DNA of 64,000 nucleotides from Paracoccaceae bacterium (GTDB lineage Bacteria; Pseudomonadota; Alphaproteobacteria; Rhodobacterales; Rhodobacteraceae): NCBI GenBank assembly GCA_965214325.1, contig CBDCBG010000004.1, positions 190,843 to 254,842 of the forward strand, read 5' to 3'. Shown piece by piece: positions 59,304 to 64,000 of this stretch (position 1 is its first letter; each line of letters starts with the position of its first letter). The notes under the pieces were generated by a model. It saw only the letters and a program-made list of their open reading frames with translations, ran no database searches and was not told where the DNA came from. The position numbers and the translations under genes were made by a program.

Positions 59304-59624
59304 ATGGAATTCCGCCAGCATAAATCTCGCCGTTGTTCCTGTCGACGATCTTCTCCTGATGCCGATCCGCGGCGCTGCCGTCGCGGCGGACACGAGCCTG
59401 TCCCAGGGAACCTGGGCATCGATTGCGCGGTCAGTTGCCGCCGTCAACTGCCATCGGGCGTTCCCGACGCCATCGGCAACCGCGCGCAACTGCTTGCCGG
59501 CTGTCTTCTGGTCCTGCCGTCGGCAGGCCGGAACCTGTCGGACCACGAAATCATCGGGCTGGCCGCCGGCTTGCCAAGCTTGCGCCTCGTCCTGGTCGAC
59601 CTTCTCAGTGCAGCGCCAATCTGA
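59304..59624 (+). CDS. diverged NHLP-precursor paralogue (possibly a pseudogene), 106 aa
   Basis: The C-terminal half aligns in frame with precursor 1 (GVPDAIGNRAQLLAGCLLVLPSAGRNLSDHEIIGLAAG versus SVPDGINIRVLEDDATDCHLVLPPAGRNLSDQEISGMAGG). The N-terminus is Arg/Cys-rich and unlike NHLP. Tail LPSLRLVLVDLLSAAPI. Confidence 0.3.
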   Translation: MEFRQHKSRRCSCRRSSPDADPRRCRRGGHEPVPGNLGIDCAVSCRRQLPSGVPDAIGNRAQLLAGCLLVLPSAGRNLSDHEIIGLAAGLPSLRLVLVDLLSAAPI

Positions 59625-59674
59625 TTTCGGCGGCGAAGTCATGACCATCCGCGCCGGTTCCTCCGGCGACACTG

Positions 59675-59800
59675 GAACCTTCACGGGTTCCCTGCTTTTG
59701 TGGTGGTTCTGGCGTTCACTCGAACATCGACCGGGAAGCAGGCGTCGCAACTGTGAAGAAGTTCCGAATGGCATCGCCTGTGCCGATTGCCGGGAATGAG
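59675..59800 (+). repeat. 125-bp direct repeat DR2 (orphan copy of the precursor promoter region)
   Basis: Contains GGAACC-N6-GGTTCC (59674..59691) and TGGCATCGCCTGTGC (59769..59783). Similarity to DR1 ends at GGGAATGAG. No credible gene follows on the + strand. Confidence 0.85.
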
Positions 59801-59982
59801 TGCCCCGCTGCCTCGGGATTGCCACATGGCCGCACCGCCCCGGACCTGGCGTCCTTCCCCGAAGCTTTCGTCGCCAGAGGCTGGACCGCGCACGGGCCGG
59901 ATGGGAACATTCGGACTTTGGGGACTCAAGGGCCGCGCGTGGCAGGATCATGGAGGCTGGGGTGCAGTCGGAAGCCCGGGCC

Positions 59983-60900
59983 TTAGCTGACGCCCCAGTC
60001 AACCATCCTCTCGTGGCGCCAGGATGACGGCCTGCCATCCGGATGCGATGTCGGAACCTCCGCCTGGTACCTTGACTTCCTTCCTGGCGGATCGTCTTCG
60101 GCAAAGAGCGCGACGACCCGGGCTTCGACGGAACGTCGCCTCGGCGCATCGTCCCTGGTCGCCGGATCGTTGAAGGCCGTGTGAAAGGTCACCCTGGAGG
60201 CTGGATCCTCGATGCGGGAATCGTACTGCCTGAAGATCAGCGCCTCGCCCGGCTCCATTCCCGGAAAGAAGTGCCAGCACTGGGCCGTGTCATGAACGAG
60301 ATTGTACAGCACCAGGCGGGTGCTGGGCTCGGTCAGGCGCCGACCGTCGGAACATATCATGTCGCCGGGAGAGACGGTCGAAGGGTCGCACATGGCAAGG
60401 GGCTTCGACTCGATTGCCCGCAGGGGATCCGTGCTGCGCCATACGTTGTACACGCCGAAGTGACGGCCGTCCGGAATGTCAAGCACGTCCTCGGCATACG
60501 GGGTGAGGTCTGCATGGGCCTTTTCTGCATAGGTCCCGGCACCGCCGGGCCAGAGCGGCGCGCCGGCCCGGAACTCGTGCTGCATGGTCCGTGCGGAAAG
60601 GCATCCCGTCGCCGCCATGACCAACTCCGCGCATTGGTCGTAGAAGCGGGAGACAACGCTGCCGTGATCGCCGTAGTCGATGTCAATCGGCGCATGCACG
60701 AGCTCGAACCCCATGCGGCTGACGGTGGGCGCCTGAGCGAGGGCACGAGCGTCGTGAACCCGGATCGGCTTCATGACCATCACTTCCGCATGATCGGCGC
60801 CCTCCCCGTGATACGGCAGCCGGAATCCCCGGCATCCCGGCTTGACGAAAAGACTCTCCGAAACGACGAACGGCGTGTCTGGAAACAGTGGAATGCCCAT
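59983..60900 (-). CDS. CmcJ/NvfI-family (2OG/Fe-type) oxygenase-like protein
   Basis: AEKAHADLTP (HxD), GVYNVWRS, PLAMCDPSTV..GD resemble the CmcJ-family pattern (aH.D ... N.WRP ... PLA.cD..Sv). 305 aa. 17 nt downstream of the ABC gene stop. Confidence 0.6.
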   Translation of the reverse strand: MGIPLFPDTPFVVSESLFVKPGCRGFRLPYHGEGADHAEVMVMKPIRVHDARALAQAPTVSRMGFELVHAPIDIDYGDHGSVVSRFYDQCAELVMAATGCLSARTMQHEFRAGAPLWPGGAGTYAEKAHADLTPYAEDVLDIPDGRHFGVYNVWRSTDPLRAIESKPLAMCDPSTVSPGDMICSDGRRLTEPSTRLVLYNLVHDTAQCWHFFPGMEPGEALIFRQYDSRIEDPASRVTFHTAFNDPATRDDAPRRRSVEARVVALFAEDDPPGRKSRYQAEVPTSHPDGRPSSWRHERMVDWGVS

Positions 60901-60916
60901 TGTGACGCTGACCCTC

Positions 60917-63829
60917 TCAAGCTGCCTGGCGCAGTGCAAGGTCGCGAAACTTCCCCTCCGCCGCAAGCAGTTCGTCATAGCTTCCGGTCTGCACCAGGCG
61001 CCCCCGATGCAGCACGTGGATCCGGTCCGCGTTCCGGATCGTGGACAGGCGGTGGGCGATGACAATCCGGGTGTTCGTGGACTCCTCGATTCCCTTCATT
61101 GCCAGTGCCTGGCTCCTTGTGTCCAGCCAGCTCGTCGGCTCGTCAAGGAACAGGATCCGGGGCCTGTGCACCAGCGCCGCCGCCATCCTTATCCGCTGGG
61201 TCTGGCCACCGGACAGGTTGGCCGAGTTCTCGCCCACCGACGTGTGCAGGCCCATCGGCATGGCGCGGATCTCATCGGCGACCCCGGCGTGCTCCAGCGC
61301 ACGCCATGCATCATCCTCGGTGAGGCTGCCGTCCGCCCCAATGACGTTGTCGAGCACGCTGCCGGGTCGCAGGGAACTGTCCTGCATGACCACGCCCATC
61401 TGTCGTCTCACGAAGGCGAGGTCCAGCTGCGCAAGATCCCGGCCGTCATAGCAGACCGCCCCCGACTGCGGCCTTTCCAGGCCGAGCAGGAGCCGGAGCA
61501 GGGTCGTCTTGCCGGCGCCGGATTCCCCGACGATCGCGACAAGTTCGCCAGGCTTCGCGCTGATCGAGACGTCCTCCAGCACCCTCGGTCCGCCTGCGGA
61601 ATAGGCGTGGCTTGCCCGGTCAACGAGGATCCGGCCGGAAAGCGCGGCTCGGGCCCGTCCCGCCATTCTCGCGGGTGCGGGGCTCGCCAGGATGGGCCGG
61701 ACCTGGTCACAGGCCGGCTTGACCAATGCAACCGCCCGGGCCGCGTTGCCGAGCATGACGGTCGCCATGCACAGCACCATGACGGCCGTGAAAACCGCAA
61801 GGAAATCCGCCGTGTCCACGCCGCCTCGGACAACGACCGTCGAGAACAGGATGGCGGATGCCAGGGCGGGCACTGCCGCACCGAATGCGGCAAGGTGCTC
61901 GCCGAGCATCGACAGCCTGATCTCCGCCTTCTTGTGGCCGTGATACCGCCGTGCCCAGGCGGCGAATGCCGAGTCCTCGGCAGCTGTGGCCCGCAGCTTG
62001 GAAATCCCCATGAGGAACTGCTGGGTGTCTCCGGCGAGTCGGCGCATGGTCTCCAGGTACCGTTGTTGCGGCCCGATCATCAGGATGCAGAACATGGCCG
62101 TCACCCCGATCATCGTGGCGGAGAGAAGCAGCGCGATCCAGCCCATCCAGGCATCGTAGAGGAACAGGAGCCCGAGCGCAGGCAGCAGGAACAGCGTGGA
62201 CAGCACGCCATCGGCCGTGACGCCGGCGACCCTGTCCCGCACGTCCTGGAACACCAGCGATCTTGCCGAGAGCTCGCCGGCGGTATGGCCGCGGAAGAAG
62301 CCGGGACCCAGGCGCAGCAGGCGATCCCAGACCAGGGCGCCCAGGCGGGCGGCCACGCGACCCTCGACCCTCATGAGCGCCGTTCCGCGAAGGATGTGCA
62401 GAAGCGCCACGAGCGCTCCGGTTCCGGCGAGGATCGCCGCCAGTTGCAATGCCGGAACCGCGTTTCCGCCAGGCGCTGCCGCGGCCGCCAGCCGGCTCAC
62501 CACGAATGCGGGCGTCAGGGCGAGCGTGCCGGCGGCAATGCCGGTGAGGACAAGCACGGCGACATCTCCTGCCACGCCGCAGGCCCCCGCGCGGAACAGG
62601 TCCCTCAGCCCGGCGGTGCCATCCGCCCGGCCGTCGGTCAGTCCCGGATACAGGCAGTGCACCTCCCGGAACGAGGCGGCGGTGCTGCCGTCCGCAAGGC
62701 GCGAAGCTCCGGTCGAGGGGTCCGCGACCCGGTACCGGCCGGCCATTCCCGGCAACAGCGCCAGGGGCTGTCCGTCCTCGCGCCGGATTGCCAGCATGGC
62801 ACCGCTGTCCCCGAGCCACCAGCGTCCAGACGCCCTCAGGCGCACCTTGCGCTTCCGCAACGCCGATGCGTCGCAGATGCCGTCCAGCGAGGGGTCTTCG
62901 CCGACCGGAACGGCAGGCACGCGGATCTCGAACCCTTCCCGCCTGCCGATCATGCGCAAGGCTTCCGCCATGGCTGAGCCGTACTTCGCCAACCGGAGCC
63001 CGGGACTGTGCAGCGCTTCCAGGCTGGTCCTGGCGCGCGCTTTATCATCCCGGCGCCTTGTGGCCTGGGCGGCCTGCAGGTTCGCCTCGTCGACAAGCAG
63101 CAGTCTCCGGCCCAGACTTTCCGCTTCGAGCAGGATCTCGTGGAATCCCGGCAACCCGTCGTCCAGAAGCTGCCTCCCGTCGAGTTCGGCGGTGGTCATG
63201 CAGTCGAACGTTTCCTCCCCGTGCAAGCGGATCCAGGCGTCCCGGGAGACGGGCACCAGGTCGCGACCGCCGGTGTCCGCCAGATCGAGAAAGGCGGCCT
63301 CGATGCCGCCCGCGGCCAGCCAGGCAACGCCATGGCCGGGCGAGGCGACGCCGCGTCCCGTCATTGGCCCGGGACGAAGGCGCAGTTCCGTTGCCGGAAC
63401 GCCTTCCATCTCGCCGGACACAGCCGCGGACAGGGACTCGATCCAGAAGTCGACATGCCTGTCGAGTTCCGCCCTGATCGCATCGCCATCGTCACCCTCC
63501 GCCAACGCATCGAGGAGGCATTCATGCGTCAGCCGGAGCAGCCTGGATCCTGGCAGTCCCTTGGCGACGAGCTTCATTCCATGACCAGCTTCGTCGACGC
63601 TGAAAGCCAGCTGGCCGGTCTCGAGACGGACGAAATGCCTGTAGGCCGAAGTGATCCGCCCGGAGTCGTGCCTGGCCGCCAAGACGTCGATGGCCCCGTC
63701 CTCGACAAGCCATGCATGGCCGGACTCCCACAGGCTCACCGGTCGGCTTGCAGCGGCCGGACACGCGTCCCCACGTTCGAGGAACAGGCCGCCCAGGCCA
63801 GCCTGCGCACGGAGCTCATTCGCCATCAA
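60917..63829 (-). CDS. NHLP-type bacteriocin export ABC transporter permease/ATPase with cNMP-binding-like N-terminal domain (970 aa)
   Basis: N-terminal beta-barrel-like region, 6-TM ABC exporter domain, Walker [10 protein letters not shown], signature LSGGQTQR, Walker [10 protein letters not shown]. Confidence 0.8.
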   Translation of the reverse strand: MMANELRAQAGLGGLFLERGDACPAAASRPVSLWESGHAWLVEDGAIDVLAARHDSGRITSAYRHFVRLETGQLAFSVDEAGHGMKLVAKGLPGSRLLRLTHECLLDALAEGDDGDAIRAELDRHVDFWIESLSAAVSGEMEGVPATELRLRPGPMTGRGVASPGHGVAWLAAGGIEAAFLDLADTGGRDLVPVSRDAWIRLHGEETFDCMTTAELDGRQLLDDGLPGFHEILLEAESLGRRLLLVDEANLQAAQATRRRDDKARARTSLEALHSPGLRLAKYGSAMAEALRMIGRREGFEIRVPAVPVGEDPSLDGICDASALRKRKVRLRASGRWWLGDSGAMLAIRREDGQPLALLPGMAGRYRVADPSTGASRLADGSTAASFREVHCLYPGLTDGRADGTAGLRDLFRAGACGVAGDVAVLVLTGIAAGTLALTPAFVVSRLAAAAAPGGNAVPALQLAAILAGTGALVALLHILRGTALMRVEGRVAARLGALVWDRLLRLGPGFFRGHTAGELSARSLVFQDVRDRVAGVTADGVLSTLFLLPALGLLFLYDAWMGWIALLLSATMIGVTAMFCILMIGPQQRYLETMRRLAGDTQQFLMGISKLRATAAEDSAFAAWARRYHGHKKAEIRLSMLGEHLAAFGAAVPALASAILFSTVVVRGGVDTADFLAVFTAVMVLCMATVMLGNAARAVALVKPACDQVRPILASPAPARMAGRARAALSGRILVDRASHAYSAGGPRVLEDVSISAKPGELVAIVGESGAGKTTLLRLLLGLERPQSGAVCYDGRDLAQLDLAFVRRQMGVVMQDSSLRPGSVLDNVIGADGSLTEDDAWRALEHAGVADEIRAMPMGLHTSVGENSANLSGGQTQRIRMAAALVHRPRILFLDEPTSWLDTRSQALAMKGIEESTNTRIVIAHRLSTIRNADRIHVLHRGRLVQTGSYDELLAAEGKFRDLALRQAA

Positions 63830-64000
63830 GCAGCCTCCGGTAGATGCCGTCCCGGGCGTACAGCTCGTCGTGGGATCCCTGGCCGACGATGCGGCCGCCG
63901 TCGACGACCATTATCCGGTCCGCATCGCGGATCGTGCTCAGGCGGTGGGCGACGATCAGGCAGGAGCATCCGCGGCGGCGGATGCTGTCGTCGACCATCA
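63816..64000 (-). CDS. ABC transporter ATPase, C-terminal end only (gene continues beyond the window)
   Basis: ...[44 protein letters not shown]. The stop overlaps the downstream ABC gene start by 14 nt. It is probably the peptidase-containing NHLP exporter partner, but this cannot be seen here. Confidence 0.7.
   Translation of the reverse strand, partial: MVDDSIRRRGCSCLIVAHRLSTIRDADRIMVVDGGRIVGQGSHDELYARDGIYRRLLDGE

Noticed and set aside
59800-60027. 75-aa ORF downstream of the orphan promoter repeat DR2, a possible third precursor.
   Set aside because: It has no RBS, no NHLP similarity and an Arg/Gly/Pro-rich composition, and it overlaps the 3' end of the convergent oxygenase gene.

Overview
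High-GC, alphaproteobacterium-like accessory DNA (taxon is an inference from trb-type conjugation genes, moc-like catabolic genes and the IS types). It looks like a decayed conjugative element or plasmid region turned into an insertion-sequence graveyard. Order of content: (1) 1-6.4 kb holds small hypothetical genes, a secreted thermonuclease and an orphan trbB (VirB11-type ATPase). (2) 6.7-8.6 kb is a lower-GC AbiE-like nucleotidyltransferase toxin/antitoxin pair. (3) 8.6-12.5 kb is an IS6 element split by a 3,073-bp IS66-type element carrying a DUF4338 (DruA-like) gene. (4) 12.6-23.1 kb is a lower-GC rhizopine (moc)-like inositol-derivative catabolic island with an ABC sugar importer and two LacI paralogues, cut off at its 3' end by a group II intron fragment. 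(5) 23.9-25.1 kb is a DUF433/DUF5615 TA pair. (6) 25.4-54.9 kb is a dense mosaic of nested mobile DNA. It contains ISKra4, two IS66-type elements carrying a Dam-like methylase, two IS4-type elements whose transposase is fused to DUF4338, three IS6 copies, IS1634, IS5, a MITE, a mini-Tn3, two full-length group II introns plus ORF-less intron units, an ankyrin-repeat gene and a HigB/HigA-like pair. (7) 55.3-64.0 kb is the most interesting part: a RiPP locus that is not a described type as far as I can tell. It has an NHLP-type precursor with a 7-residue core ending in Trp, a flavin-dependent Trp-halogenase homologue, a possible ABBA-fold 350-aa orphan, a CmcJ-like dioxygenase and two NHLP-type ABC exporters (the cluster runs off the window). 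No rRNA, tRNA or CRISPR array was seen. All homology calls come from motif recognition by eye, not database searches. Many long GC-rich ORFs in the track are shadow ORFs and were not called.
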